A stretch of DNA of 64,000 bases, from the NCBI GenBank assembly GCA_010909165.1, contig VJWM01000226.1:124001-188000 (forward strand), given 5' to 3'. Positions 14,802-31,036 of this stretch are shown in pieces (the stretch's first letter is position 1; every line of letters starts with the position of its first letter). The stretch is from Anthoceros angustus. Taxonomy: Eukaryota > Plantae > Anthocerotophyta. The translations under genes were made by a program, and so were the position numbers. Under the pieces are notes generated by a model. The model searched no databases. It was not told where the DNA came from and worked only from the letters and a program-made list of their open reading frames with translations.

Positions 14802-17800
14802 TGTCTGTCGGATACATGCAGACAGAGAGCGAACAAAGCGAGGACAAGCCGCTTGATGATGGATGCTAGCTATGTGATCGATGGCTAGAGCAGATGCGAG
14901 GCTAGTGTAGGAAGACGACAACGGCGAGGCTAGGGTGTGCATTAGGAACGTGATTGAGGCGAGATAGGCCAACCAAGGTTAGACCGAGCAGATTAGGCTG
15001 ACCGGATGACACTAACCTAGCTGCAGAGATTCTCGACATCGAGGCGAGCATTGCGGGAGAGGACCGTGAAGGAATTCTTGGTGAGATGGGAAGGCAACCA
15101 TCAAGAGGACCCGAGCTGGGACATCGAGGCCTTTATCGAAACTTTTCAACACCTCAAAGCCGGAGCAGAATGAAGAACGAGGCCCTCCACAGTGCTCACT
15201 AGAGAAAGGAGGAGGTGTCATTGGATACATGCAACGTGAGGGGACAAGGTGACAAGCCTTGATGATAGATGCTAGCTATGTAATCCATAGCTCAAAAGTG
15301 TATGCCTCTACATCTTCGTGTCTTGGTCTCTCGTCTCAGGAATGCCGATTACATTTACAACGTAATTTACAACCTAAAGTTGTAAAAGAATGACAAATAG
15401 GTTGGAAATTTCTGACGCGCAGGAAGATTATCACGTCATAGAGTTGATGACGTGGCGGCCACATCGCAAATTGGGTGAGTATTAATAGCACTTACAAGTG
15501 CTATTAATACAAGTCTCCGGAAGGGTCATTCTCCATTAAAGGGGTTTGGGTCCCTAAAGGCCAAAAAGTGATCCTCCAAAAGGGGCCAAAACGTATCATC
15601 TCCATAAAAGCACTCTTTACACATGTACAAAAATACATTGACCATGTTATTTTTCGCGAACACTTATCTTGTGGTGCAGGCCGAACAAGGTTCGCGGATT
15701 TCACCTTCACAAGAAAGGGATTTCAAGGATCTATGAATGGTGCTAGGAATCCTAGAGACACCTCTGTCGCGGTGTGATGATTTCCTATCAAGGTGAATAG
15801 TAGGCAAGCCAACCAAACTAGTCCAAAGAAGGCAAACTACCTGGACGTCCGACGCAACCAACAACGCAAAGAAGAACTCCCAAGCCGATACGGCAACCAC
15901 GTTGGACGTCGGGCGTGTGAGAGGACATCAAAGCTGACTAATCAAGGCCATCTCGAGAGGGACCAACTACGATCAGAAAAGCCAGACGTTTGGCGCAATG
16001 TGATCATAGCCACAGGAACTCCATTGTTAGAGTGCAAAACAAAGGAAGGAAGGCGGGGCAATGCGCCGACGTAAGGCGCATTCTTGTGGAAGTCTGCGAG
16101 CTACCGGACGTCTTGGAGACCCCGATCTTGCCGGACGTCCGGCGCATTTCTGCGCTGACTACGATCTTCTTGGGCGTCAACGTGATGGAAGTGGTGGAGT
16201 GGATGTGACGTCCGGCGCATTTGTATATGAATTACTTCTATATGATGTAAGAACGTCGCTTTGATGCGTAGGGGTGTAGATAGACCAATCAACATAAGAG
16301 TTCCAAGGTTCAGAACTTTGGGATTGGATCGATTCTAGGATGGGGTGCGTTGTAAGTGGTTTGAAAACTTTGCAAGAACTCCACTATTAAGCAACATGGC
16401 GTGGTCGATCTTGGGATGGGGTGCTGATTTTGAGTGGTTTGAAAATTTTGTAAATCATCCCGTATCTAGGCGTAAAGTCCGGAATATTGTTTTGAAAGTC
16501 ATTCATTGGTTGATGTTATGTTCCCACATTCCCTTTGTAAATAACATCTAAAACTTTTACCTTACTCTATGTGCTCTATCTACGACTTGCAGATGGATCT
16601 TTTCGATAGGTGCAGATATTCAGCTCATTCGAGTTTGGCATATAGATGCATGGGCGTTGGTTTCTAGATGAGGTACATTTTCCAAAATTTGACATGTGTA
16701 ATGGTGGTTTCGATGGCCAACCTTTTGAAGGCGACAATGTTTCACAATGTTTTGAAAGTCATTCATTGGTTGATGTTATGTTCCCACATTCCCTTTGTAA
16801 ATAACATCTAAAACTTTTCGGCCTTACTCTATGTGCTCTATCTCGACTTGCGGATGGATCTTTTCGATAGGTGCACCGAATGTTCAGCTCATTCGAGTTT
16901 GGCATATAGATGCATGGGCGTTGGTTTCTAGATGAGGTACATTTTCCAAAATTTGACATGTGTAATGGTGGTTTCGATGGCCAACCTTTTGAAGAGGCGA
17001 CAATGTTTCACAATGTTTTGCGAAAGTAAGAAAATAAAGAGAATAGATGATCCGTCTTAAGTAATGTGAAGATATCACGATGTAGGAGAAATATACGAAA
17101 GGAGACACTTGAAATACAAACCGGTTTTCAAATCCAAGAATAAGTGAAAGCAATTGTGTATAAGACGACTATATCTAGGAAGTTGTCATATTTGAATTAA
17201 ATCATGAGTAAAACATTAAACTTTCAAAACTTTAAACACGGAATGCATATGCTTTGAAACTACAAAATATTGTTTCACAACTCAAATTTCTAGATTCATT
17301 TTCATTTAGAGCCCCGTCCAGAAAACATCCAAACACCACCGCTACACGGTTGGGGTACTTGACCATGTTATTTTTTCGCGAACACTTATCACAGTGGTCC
17401 GAGCGAACAAGGTTCGCGGATTTCACCTTCACAAGAAAGGGATTTCAAGGATCTATGAATGGTGCTAGGAATCCTAGAGACACCTCTGTCGCGGTGTGAT
17501 TATCTATCAAGGTGAATAGTAGGCAAGCCAAACTAGTCCAAAGAAGGCAAACCAACTACGTCCGACGCAACCAACAACGCAAAGAAGAACTCCCAAGCCG
17601 ATACGGCAACCACGTTGGACGTCTCGCAATTGTGAGAGGACATCAACCGGCCTAATCAAGGCCATCTCGAGAGGGACCAACCACGATCAGAAAAACAAGC
17701 GCAGACGTTTGGCGCAATGTGAGTACATAGCCACAGGAACTCCATTGTTAGAGTGCAAAACAAAGGAAGGAATCGGGGCAATGCGCCGACGTAGGGCGAC

Positions 17801-18723
17801 GGCGCGGTCTGCTGAACTTCGCCCGGACGTCTTGGAGACCCCGATCTTGCCGGACGTCCGGCGACGGCGCGTGACTGATCTTGGGGCGCCCAACGTGATG
17901 GAAGTGGTGGAGTGGATGCGGACGTCCGCATTTGTATATGAATTACTTCTATAGGCGAACGCTCGCGGCAATAGGGTGTAGATAGACCAATCAACATAAG
18001 AGTTCCAAGGTTCAGAACTTTGGGATTGGATCGATTCTAGGATGGGGTGCGTTGTAAGTGGTTTGAAAACTTTGCAAGAACTCCACTATTAAGCAACATG
18101 GCGTGGTCGATCTTGGGATGGGGTGCTGATTTTGAGTGGTTTGAAAATTTTGTAAATCATCCCGTATCTAGGCGTAAAGTCTGGAATATTGTTTTGAAAG
18201 TCATTCATTGGTTGATGTTATGTTCCCACATTCCTTTGTAAATCTAAAACTTTTCTACTTACTCTATGTGCTCTATCTACGACTTGCAGATGGATCTTTT
18301 CGAGAAATCAATGTTCAGCTCATTCGAGTTTGACGCATATAGATGCATGGGCGTTGGTTTCAGATGAGGTACATTTTCCAAAATTTGACATGTGTAATGG
18401 TGGTTTCGATGGCCAACCTTTTGAAGACAATGTTTCACAATGTTTTGCGGAAAGTAAGAAAATAAAGAGAATAGATGATCCGTCTTAAGTAATGTGAAGA
18501 TATCACGTAGGAGAAATATCGAAAGGAGACACTTGAAATACAAACCGGAAATCCAAGAATAAGTGAAAGCAATTGTGTATAAGACGACTATATCTAGGAA
18601 GTTGTCATATTTGAATTAAATCATGAGTAAAACATTAAACTTTCAAAACTTTAAACACTAATGCATATGCTTTGAAACTACAAAATATTGTTTCACAACT
18701 CAAATTTCTAGATTCATTTTCAT

Positions 18724-19729
18724 TTAGAGCCCCGGTCCACCGAAAACATCCAAACACCACCGCTACACGGTTGGGGTACTTGACCTGTAAACCTTGCCAT
18801 TATAATTGCTAGTAGCATCTTGGGCGAGTTCAACGTCATTAGCGTCATATGCAACAAGTACTCCTTGTCATCCAAGTGCGTAATGTAAAATGGCTTGATG
18901 AGCTGGTGTATCAATAGTGTCGCGCCTATTGGACCATTAGCATCTACACGTACCTTCCATTTCCCATTTGTACTTTGGAATCGGACTTGACATGAAAACG
19001 TCTCCCCATTGTACAAATGGTTGCATAATGGTCTTTGAGCATGAATATGGAAGGCGGCCAATAACCAACATTTGCTCCTTCAATTGCTAACCACAAATCT
19101 CCATTGGTTGTAGGCTGCATTACAACATATCATAAATTAGAATAAGTTAGAAGAAATAGTATGAAATATGTCAAGTCCATATTAGAAGTTTCGTAAGAAT
19201 ACTACCTAGCTAGAACGCCTCAAGAAAACATTTGTTCCTTCAATTGCTATAACTTACCTTATTAATGTCTTATAGCATGCTTGTACCTACATAATTGCCG
19301 GTGAATGCACCACCAAATACATATGTGGGATCCGCTTGCACAAATCCGGTACGCAGGTTGAGCATTGGTGTTCAATAGCTCAAAGGGAACAAATGATACA
19401 AAGTTAATGATTCATATACATCCTAATAAACGTTGAAATTTCATGTGTTGATGATCACATACCGCCCATCTTGTGAACAAACGAGGTGCAACATCTTGTG
19501 AATATAATGATGGATACACCGAAAAATATAAATTTTCATAGAGAAGTCAATTAACATGTCATAACACCATGAGATATAAAATAATGCAAGAAGAAAATTG
19601 ATGGATTTGTAAAATAATAACACATGCCATCCAACTTGAGCTAAATTTATAGAATCGATATGCGTGTCGACGGCAACAAAAATAGAGACGTGGGAGTTTG
19701 AGTAATCCTGATGTTGGGTTAACGGATGG
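18724..19729 (-). pseudogene. Neprosin 3' half (5'-truncated by a duplication junction)
   Basis: Exons 4-7 present; sequence switches to the downstream spacer at GATGG 19725-19729. Confidence 0.8.
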
Positions 19730-20046
19730 CCAACCTTTGAAGACAATGTTTCACAATGTTTTGCAGAAAGTAAGAAAATAAAGAGAATAGATGATCCGTC
19801 TTAAGTAATGTGAAGATATCACGATGTAGGAGAAATATGAAAAGGAGACACTTGAAATACAAACCGGTTTTCAAATCCAAGAATAAGTGAAAGCAATTGT
19901 GTATAAGACTATATCTAGGAAGTTGTCATATTTGAATTAAATCATGAGTAAAACATTAAACTTTCAAAACTTTAAACACGGAATGCATATGCTTTGAAAC
20001 TACAAAATATTGTTTCACAACTTCAAATTTCTAGATTCATTTTCAT

Positions 20047-21517
20047 TTAGAGCCCCGTCCACGAAAACATCCAAACACCACCGCTACACCAAAGTTGGGG
20101 TACTTGACCCGTGTAAACCTTGCCATTATAATTGCTAGTAGCATCTTGGGCGAGTTCAACGTCATTAGCTATATGCAACAAGTACTCCTTGTCATCCAAG
20201 TGCGTGTAATGTAAAATGGCTTGATGAGCTGGTGTATCAATAGTGTCACCGCCTATTGGACCATTAGCATCTACACTGCATCTTCCATTTCCCATTTGTA
20301 CTTTGGAACTGGACTTGACATGAAAACGTCTCCCCATTGTACAATAGTTGCATAATGGTCTTTGAACGAATTGAATATGGAAGCGGCCAATAACCAACAT
20401 TTGCTCCTTCAATTGCTAACCACAAATCTCCATTGGTTGTAGGCTGCATTACAACATATCATAAATTAGAATAAGTTAGAAGAAATAGTATGAAATATGT
20501 CAAGTCCATATTAGAAGTTTCGTAAGAATACTACCTAGCTAGAACGCCTCAAGAAAACATTTGTTCCTTCAATTGCTATAACTTACCTTATTAATCTGAT
20601 AGCATGCTTGTACCTACATAATTGCCGGTGAATGCACCACCAAATACATATGTGGGATCCGCTTGCACAAATCCGTACACGCAGGTTGAAGCAGCCATTG
20701 CCGCTGTCACCGCTCAAAGGGAACAAATGATACAAAGTTAATGATTCATATACATCCTAATAAACGTTGAAATTTCATGTGTTGATGATCACATACCGTC
20801 CATCTTATGAACAAACGAGGTGCAACATCTTGTGAATATAATGATGGATACACGAAAAATATAAATTTTCATAGAGAAGTCAATTAACATGTCATAACAC
20901 CATGAGATATAAAATAATGCAAGAAGAAAATTGATGGATTTGTAAAATAATAACTTACATGCCATCCAACTTGAGCTAAATTTATAGAATCGATATGCGT
21001 GTCGACGGCAAATAAAAATAGAGACGTGGGAGTTTGAGTAACTGCTGATGTTGGGTTAATGAGATGGTTGCCAAAAGCTAATTCTAGATCCTCCTCCATT
21101 GAATGTTCCATGAACATTGCCAACTATAATCTTGCACAATTAAAAGGTGAACTTGGTCAAGTATTGATGAAAGAAGAAAGGAAATATAGTCTCAAATTAA
21201 TATATCGATGGTTTAATGAATATAGTGAAATTATGACATACATGAGTTAGCTCGTACGTCGCTTTCAATATTAGCAAAATTGCTAGAGGTATTCTTGCTT
21301 TGATCGATGAAAGAATTGCGGAGGATGTGCCTGCTTTGATCAATAAAACCCTCTGCGTCATAGGCCGTTGTATAGGGATAGTTCCTTGGGGCATGATCCT
21401 ACTTCTACATGATAGAGCTGCTTAGGACGTCGCACCCCATTTGCTGATATTTGTAATTGGGATAACTCTAGAGGTGGTTTCGCAACATGTCAAATAGCAG
21501 GGGTTCCATACTTTGCT

Positions 21518-21552
<35 letters not shown>

Positions 21553-21561
21553 AACAATAAT

Positions 21562-21608
<47 letters not shown>

Positions 21609-21640
21609 AAAAAAAAAAAAACAACAACAAAAACAACAAC

Positions 21641-21672
<32 letters not shown>

Positions 21673-22095
21673 TAGTAGCTGCATATATCGATAACTATAG
21701 TTGACATAAAAATGAAAAGGCGAGTCATACGCGTGTGTGAACCCACATACTTGAATCACATGATCTTTAAAAGATGGATGTTGTAAAGTCGGTGGTGTTC
21801 CACCTTCACACAATCTACTATAGTGCCATCGAGAGCTGCAACATAAACAAGATAAAACGAATTGAGTATCTTACATTGCATATAATAAAGATGCCATGAA
21901 AAGGTACCAAGAGATAGTGGAGTATAGTATATACATTATGGGATTCCACAAATGGCACATGAACATTCAAGTCCAAAGCACCATCCCGGGATGGGGCTGA
22001 GGGAAACTTATTTTGAGCATTCGCATGACTAGCATATGAGAAATGCACAAAGATAACAAACATCAACCCCAACACTAAAGTTGCAGCGACTTCAT
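20047..22095 (-). CDS. Neprosin-family gene, full-length copy
   Basis: Same exon and motif series as 5235-7308. Confidence 0.85.
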
Positions 22096-22302
22096 GATTA
22101 CAAAGCTTTGGGTCTAAGCAATATGCAAATGGATGTAATTGATCAGCGATAATTTGTAGGATGGTGGTTGAGGCACATATATAGGCATTTTGGGATTTTT
22201 TCTCGATAATATGGACAAAAGCGAAATAGCTTTGCTCTCTTGGTGTTAGACTAAGCATATCCCTCTCTATGTTATGGAGTTTTGAATGATTTCCCACGGT
22301 CT

Positions 22303-22820
22303 CTACTCAACGGCTTGTAAGTTGCAACCATGAGTGAGTGGAACAAGGAACCCGTCCCTCTTCAAGCCTTGGTGAAGAATTTGGCGTTTCTCCAGCGATC
22401 CCGAGCCGTGGGCGACAACCTTGTAAAGGCCATACTTGGAGTAGTTGGTGGTTCAGCGAAGTCGCCAGGGGATGGTGTCGACTAGCGCCATTCAAATACA
22501 TGTTCACGGCCACACCGTCGGGTGCACAACGCTCACGGTGATCGAGGTGTCGTATACTCCCGTTACTGTGAGCGATTTGGGATGAGTAGTAGCACGAGAG
22601 CCACCGTTGGCGACCATGCCACATCAAGGGGCCGCCGTCGCCCAAGATCCGAACAGGACGGTCGTTCGGAGGAGCAGAGAACTTGAGCTCCCCTCGAATC
22701 GCATCCGCTACCGGTGTAATCATTGTTGTTTCGGATTTCGAGCCGGTGCACGTTGGTGTCGATGATTGCGAACGCTTCCGGGTCCACTATAAGAATCGCA
22801 GTGTTTTTCAATGCATTTTA
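22303..22820 (-). CDS. PL7/citrate-binding-protein-like coding region
   Basis: Copy of 1527-2023. Confidence 0.7.
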
Positions 22821-23290
22821 TGTCACAATCGGATACATGCAGAGAGCGAACAAGCGGGACAAGCCGCTTGATGATGGATGCTAGCTATGTGATCGAGCTA
22901 GGCTGCGAGGCTAGTGTAGGAAGGCCGGCGAGGCTAGGGTGTGCATTAGGAACGTGATTGAGGCGATAGGCCAACCAAGGTTAGACCGGCAGATTAGGTG
23001 ACCCGGATGACACTAACCTAGCCTGCAGAGATTCTCGACATCGAGAGCGAGCATTGCGGGAGAGGACCGTGAAGGAATTCTTGGTGAGATGGGAAGGCAA
23101 CCATCAAGAGGACCCGGGACACGAGGCCTTTATCGAAACTTTTCAACACCTCGGCAAAGGCGGAGCGGAGAATGAAGAAGCGAGGCCCTCCCGATGCTCA
23201 CTAGAGAAAGGAGGAGGGTGTCACGATACATGCAAATCGTGAGGGGACAAGGTGACAAGCCGACGATGATAGATGCTAGCTATGTAATCC
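22821..23290 (+). mobile_element. Chromovirus (Ty3/gypsy) remnant: chromodomain, polypurine tract and LTR start, bracketed by a ~70-bp direct repeat (representative of 12 copies)
   Basis: EILDI.ERALRERTVKEFLVRWEGNHQEDPSW.TEAFIETFQHL resembles an integrase chromodomain; AGAGAAAGGAGGAGGG precedes TGTCAC. Other copies start near 2024, 3004, 9390, 14802, 24208, 25619, 31037, 31431, 37317, 42352 and 42757. Confidence 0.75.
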
Positions 23291-23418
23291 ATAGCTCAAA
23301 GTGTATGCCTCTACATCTTCGTGTCTTGGTCTCTCGTCTCAGGAATGCCGATTACATTTTACAACGTAATTTACAACCTAAAGTTGTAAAAAGAATGACT
23401 TAAATAGGTTGGAAATTT

Positions 23419-23521
23419 GTGACGTGGCGGAAGATTATCACGTCATAGAGTTGATGACGTGGCGGCCACATCGACAAATTGGGTGGTAGGTATTAATAGC
23501 ACTTACAAGTGCTATTAATAC
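23419..23521. promoter_or_regulatory. TGACG (as-1/hex-like) motif cluster plus a perfect 32-bp hairpin (representative; in each unit)
   Basis: TGACGTGGC near 23420; CACGTCAT-N7-ATGACGTG at 23439-23461; GTATTAATAGCACTT-ac-AAGTGCTATTAATAC at 23490-23521. Function is inferred. Confidence 0.4.
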
Positions 23522-23684
23522 AAGTCTCTCAGGAAGGGTCATTCTCCATTAAAGGGGTTTGGGTCCCTAAAGGCCAAAAGTGATCCTCCAAAAGGCCAAA
23601 AGCGTAAATAGCTTTGCTCTCTTGGTGTTAGACTAAGCATATCCCTCTCTATGTTATGGAGTTTTGAATGATTTCCCACGGTCT

Positions 23685-24207
23685 CTACTCAACGGCTTGT
23701 AAGTTGCAACCATGAGTGAGTGGAACAAGGAACCCGTCCCTCTTCAAGCCTTGGTGAAGAATTTGGCGTTTCTCCACGATCCCGAGCCGTGGGCGACAAC
23801 CTTGTAAAGGCCATACTTGGAGTAGTTGGTGGTTCCCGGGAGTCATCGGGATGGTGTCGACTAGCGCGCCATTCAAATACATGTTCACGGCCACACCGTC
23901 TTGGTGCACAACGCTCACGGTGATCGAGGTGTCGTATACTCCCGCTGCAACGGTAGCGCTTTGGGATGAGTAGCACGAGAGCCACCGCTGGCGCCATGCC
24001 CGAGTCGCATCAAGGGGCCGCCGTCGCCCAAGATCCGAAGTGGACAGTCGCTCGAGGAGCAGAGAACTTGAGCTCCCCTCGAATCGCATCCGCCCGGTGT
24101 AATCATTGTTGTTTCGGATTTCGAGCGGTGCACGTTGGTGTCGATGATTGCGAACGCTTCCGGGTCCACTATAAGAATCGCAGTGTTTTTCAATGCAATG
24201 CATTTTA
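23685..24207 (-). CDS. PL7/citrate-binding-protein-like coding region (extra copy from a local duplication)
   Basis: ORF 23685..24203: EIRNNNDYTGRMRFEG...YSSQSATVAAGVYDTSITVSVVHQDGVAVNMYLNGALVD. Confidence 0.7.
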
Positions 24208-27200
24208 TGTCACAATCGATACATGCAGAGAGCGAACAAGCGGGACAAGCCGCCTTGATGATGGATGCTAGCTATGTGATCGTGAGCCGCAGGCTAGTGT
24301 AGGAAGACGCAAAAGAACGAGCTAGGGTGTGCATTAGGAACGTGATTGAGGCGTATAGGCCAACCAAGGTTAGACCGGCAGATTAGGTGACCTGATGACA
24401 CTAACCTAGCCTGCAGAGATTCTCGACATCGAGAGCGAGCATTGCGGAGAGGACCGTGAAGGAATTCTTGGTGAGATGGGAAGGCAACCATCAAGAGGAC
24501 CCGGGACACGAGGCCTTTATCGAAACTTTTCAACACCTCAAAGAAAGCTGGAGCGGAGAATGAAGAACGAGGCCCTCCCGATGCTCACTAGAGAAAGGAG
24601 GAGGGTGTCACGATACATGCAAATCGTGAGGGGACAAGCGGGACAAGCCGCTTGATGATAGATGCTAGCTATGTAATCCATAGCTCAAAGTGTATGCCTC
24701 TACATCTTCGTGTCTTGGTCTCTCGTCTCAGGAATGCCGATTACATTTTACAACGTAATTTACAACCTAAAGTTGTAAAAAGAATGACAAATAGGTTGGA
24801 AATTTGGCCGACGTGGCGGAAGATTATCACGTCATAGAGTTGATGACGTGGCGGCCACATCAAGCAAATTGGGTGGTATTAATAGCACAAGTGCTATTAA
24901 TACAAGTCTCCGGAAAGGGTCATTCTCCATTAAAGGGGTTTGGGTCCCTAAAGGCCAAAAGTGATCCTCCAAAAGGGGCCAAAACGTATCATCTCCATAA
25001 AAGCACTCTTTACACATGTACAAAAATACATTGACCATGTTATTTTTTCGCGAACACTTATCTTGGCGTCCTGAGGCCGAACAAGGTTCATGGATTTCAC
25101 CTTCACAAGAAAGGGATTTCAAGGATCTATGAATGGTGCTAGGAATCCTAGAGACACCTCCGTCGCAGTGATGATTTCCTATCAAGGTGAATAGTAGGCA
25201 AGCCAACCAAACTAGTCCAAAGAAGGCAAACTGTTTGGACGTCCGACGCAACCAACAACGCAAAAGAAGAAACTCCCAAGCCGATCAAGCAAATTGGGTG
25301 GGTAAGGTATTAATAGCACTTACAAGTGCTATTAATACAAGTCTCCTAAAGGGTCATTCTCCATTAAAGGGGTTTGGGTCCCTAAAGGCCAAAAGTGATC
25401 CTCCAAAAGGCCAAAAGCGTATCATCTCCATAAAAGCACTCTTTACACATGTACAAAAATACATTGACCATGTTATTTTTTCGCGAACACTTATCTTGGC
25501 GTCCTGAGGCCGAACAAGGTTCGCGGTTCACCTTCACAAGAAAGGGATTTCAAGGATCTATGAATGGTGCTAGGAATCCTAGAGACACCTCCGTCGCAGT
25601 GTTTTTCAATGCATTTTATGTCACAATCGATACATGCAGAGAGCGAACAAGCGGGACAAGCCGCCTTGATGATGGATGCTAGCTATGTGATCGAGCTAGA
25701 CGACCGCAGTAGTGTAGGAAGACGCAGAAGGCTAGGGTGTGCATTAGGAACGTGATTGAGGCGTATAGGCCAACCAAGGTTAGACCGGCAGATTAGGCCG
25801 ACCTGATGACACTAACCTAGCTGCAGAGATTCTCGACATCGAGAGCGAGCATTGCGGAGAGGACCGTGAAGGAATTCTTGGTGAGATGGGAAGGCAACCA
25901 TCAAGAGGACCCGGGACACGAGGCCTTTATCGAAACTTTTCAACACCTCAAAAAGCCGGAGAGAATGAAGAACGAGGCCCTCCCGATGCTCACTAGAGAA
26001 AGGAGGAGGGTGTCACGATACATGCAAATCGTGAGGGGACAAGGTGACAAGCCGCTTGATGATAGATGCTAGCTATGTAATCCATAGCTCAAAGTGTATG
26101 CCTCTACATCTTCGTGTCTTGGTCTCTCGTCTCAGGAATGCCGATTACATTTTACAACGTAATTTACAACCTAAAGTTGTAAAAAGAATGACAGCTTAAA
26201 TAGGTTGGAAATTTGGCCGACGGGAAGATTATCACGTCATAGAGTTGATGACGTGGCGGCCACATCAAGCAAATTGGGTGGTAGGTATTAATAGCACTTA
26301 CAAGTGCTATTAATACAAGTCTCCGGAAAGGGTCATTCTCCATTAAAGGGGTTTGGGTCCCTAAAGGCCAAAAGTGATCCTCCAAAAGGGGCCAAAACGT
26401 ATCATCTCCATAAAAGCACTCTTTACACATGTACAAAAATACATTGACCATGTTATTTTTTCGCGAACACTTATCTTGTGAGTGCAGGCCGAACAAGGTT
26501 CATGGATTTCACCTTCACAAGAAAGGGATTTCAAGGATCTATGAATGGTGCTAGGAATCCTAGAGACACCTCCGTCGGTGGCAGTGATTTCCTATCAAGG
26601 TGAATAGTAGGCAAGCCAAACCAAACTAGTCCAAAGAAGGCAAACTGTTTGGACGTCCGACGCAACCAACAACGCAAAAGAAGAAACTCCCAAGCCGATC
26701 AAGCAAATTGGGTGGGTAAGGTATTAATAGCACTTACAAGTGCTATTAATACAAGTCTCCTAAAGGGTCATTCTCCATTAAAGGGGTTTGGGTCCCTAAA
26801 GGCCAAAAGTGATCCTCCAAAAGGCCAAAACGTATCATCTCCATAAAAGCACTCTTTACATGTACAAAAATACATTGACCATGTTATTTTTTCGCGAACA
26901 CTTATCTTGTGGTGAGTCAACAAGGTTCATGGATTTCACCTTCACAAGAAAGGATTTCAAGGATCTATGAATGGTGCTAGGAATCCTAGAGACACCTCCG
27001 TCGCAGTGATGATTTCCTATCAAGGTGAATAGTAGGCAAGCCAAACCAAACTAGTCCAAAGAAGGCAAACTGGACGTCCGCAACCAACAACGCAAAAGAA
27101 GAAACTCCCAAGCCGACACGGCAACTACGTTGGACGTCCGCGACGGCGCAATTGTGAGAGGACATCAACCGACCTAATCAAGGCCATCTCGAGAGGGACC

Positions 27201-28269
27201 AACATTGTGAAAGCGAGCGTTTGGCGCAATGTGAGTACATAGCCACAGGAACTCCATTGTTAGAGTGCAAAACAAAGGAAGGAACTGGGGCAATGCGCGG
27301 GCGTGGGGGCGCATTTTGGCAGTCTGCGGCTGCGGGACGTCTTGGAGACCCCGATCTTGCCGGACGTCCGCGACGGCGCGTGACTGATCTTCTTTGGGCG
27401 TCCAAGCGTGATGGAAGTGGTGGAGTGGATCGACGTCCGGCGCATTTGTATATGAATTACTTCTATATGATGTAAGGCGTCACTTTGGTGCGTGGGGTGT
27501 AGATAGACCAATCAACATAAGAGTTCCAAGGTTGACAACACAGGATTGGATCGATTCTAGGATGGGGTGCGTTGTAAGTGGTTTGAAAACTTTGCAAGAA
27601 CTCCACTATTAAGCAACATGGCGTGGGTCGATCTTGGGATGGGGTGCTGATTTTGAGTGGTTTGAAAATTTTGTAAATCATCCCGGTATCTAGGCGTAAA
27701 GTCGGAATATTGTTTTGAAAGTCATTCATTGGTTGATGTTATGTTCCCACATTCCCTTTGTAAATAACATCTAAAACTTTTCGCCTTACTCTATGTGCTC
27801 TATCTACGACTTGCGGATGGATCTTTTCGATAGGTGCAGAATGTTCAGCTCATTCGAGTTTGTGGCATATAGATGCATGGGCGTTGGTTTCTAGATGAGG
27901 TACATTTTCCAAAATTTGACATGTGTAATGGTGGTTTCGATGGCCAACCTTTTGAAGACGACAATGTTTCACAATGTTTTGCGGAAAGTAAGAAAATAAA
28001 GAGAATAGATGATCCGTCTTAAGTAATGTGAAGATATCACGGTGTAGGAGAAATATCACGAAAGGAGACACTTGAAATACAAACCGGTTTTCAAATCCAA
28101 GAATAAGTGAAAGCAATTGTGTATAAGACGACTATATCTAGGAAGTTGTCATATTTGAATTAAATCATGAGTAAAACATTAAACTTTCAAAACTTTAAAC
28201 ACGGAATGCATATGCTTTGAAACTACAAAATATTGTTTCACAACTTCAAATTTCTAGATTCATTTTCAT

Positions 28270-30318
<2,049 letters not shown>

Positions 30319-30525
30319 GATTACAAAGCTTTGGGTCTAAGCAATATGCAAATGGATGTAATTGATCAACGATAATTTGTAGGATGGTGGTTGAGGCACA
30401 TATATAGGCATTTTGGGATTTTTTCTCGATAATATGGACAAAAGCGAAATAGCTTTGCTCTCTTGGTGTTAGACTAAGCATATCCCTCTCTATGTTATGG
30501 AGTTTTGAATGATTTCCCACGGTCT

Positions 30526-31036
30526 CTACTCAACGGCTTGTAAGTTGCAACCATGAGTGAGTGGAACAAGGAACCCGTCCCTCTTCAAGCCTTGGTGAAG
30601 AATTTGACGTTTCTCCACCGATCCCGAGTGGGCGACAACCTTGTAAAGGCCATACTTGGAGTAGTTGGTGGTTCCCGGGAGTCATCGGGGATGGTGTCGA
30701 CTAGCGCGCCATTCAAATACATGTTCACGGCCACACCGTCGGTGCACAACGTTCACGGTGATCGAGGTGTCGTATACTCCGTTACTGTGATGGCTTGGGA
30801 TGAGTAGTAGCACGAGAGCCACCGTTGGCGCCCATGCCGGAGGCATCAAGGGCCGCCGTCGCCCAAGATCCGGAACAGGACAGTCGTTCGGAGGAGCAGA
30901 ACTTGAGCTCCCCTCGAATCGCATCCGCCCGGTGTAATCATTGTTGTTTGGTTCGAGCCGGTGCACGTTGGTGTCGATGATTGCGAACGCTTCCGTGGTC
31001 CACTATAAGAATCGCAGTGTTTTTCAATGCATTTTA
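30526..31036 (-). CDS. PL7/citrate-binding-protein-like coding region
   Basis: Copy of 1527-2023. Confidence 0.7.
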
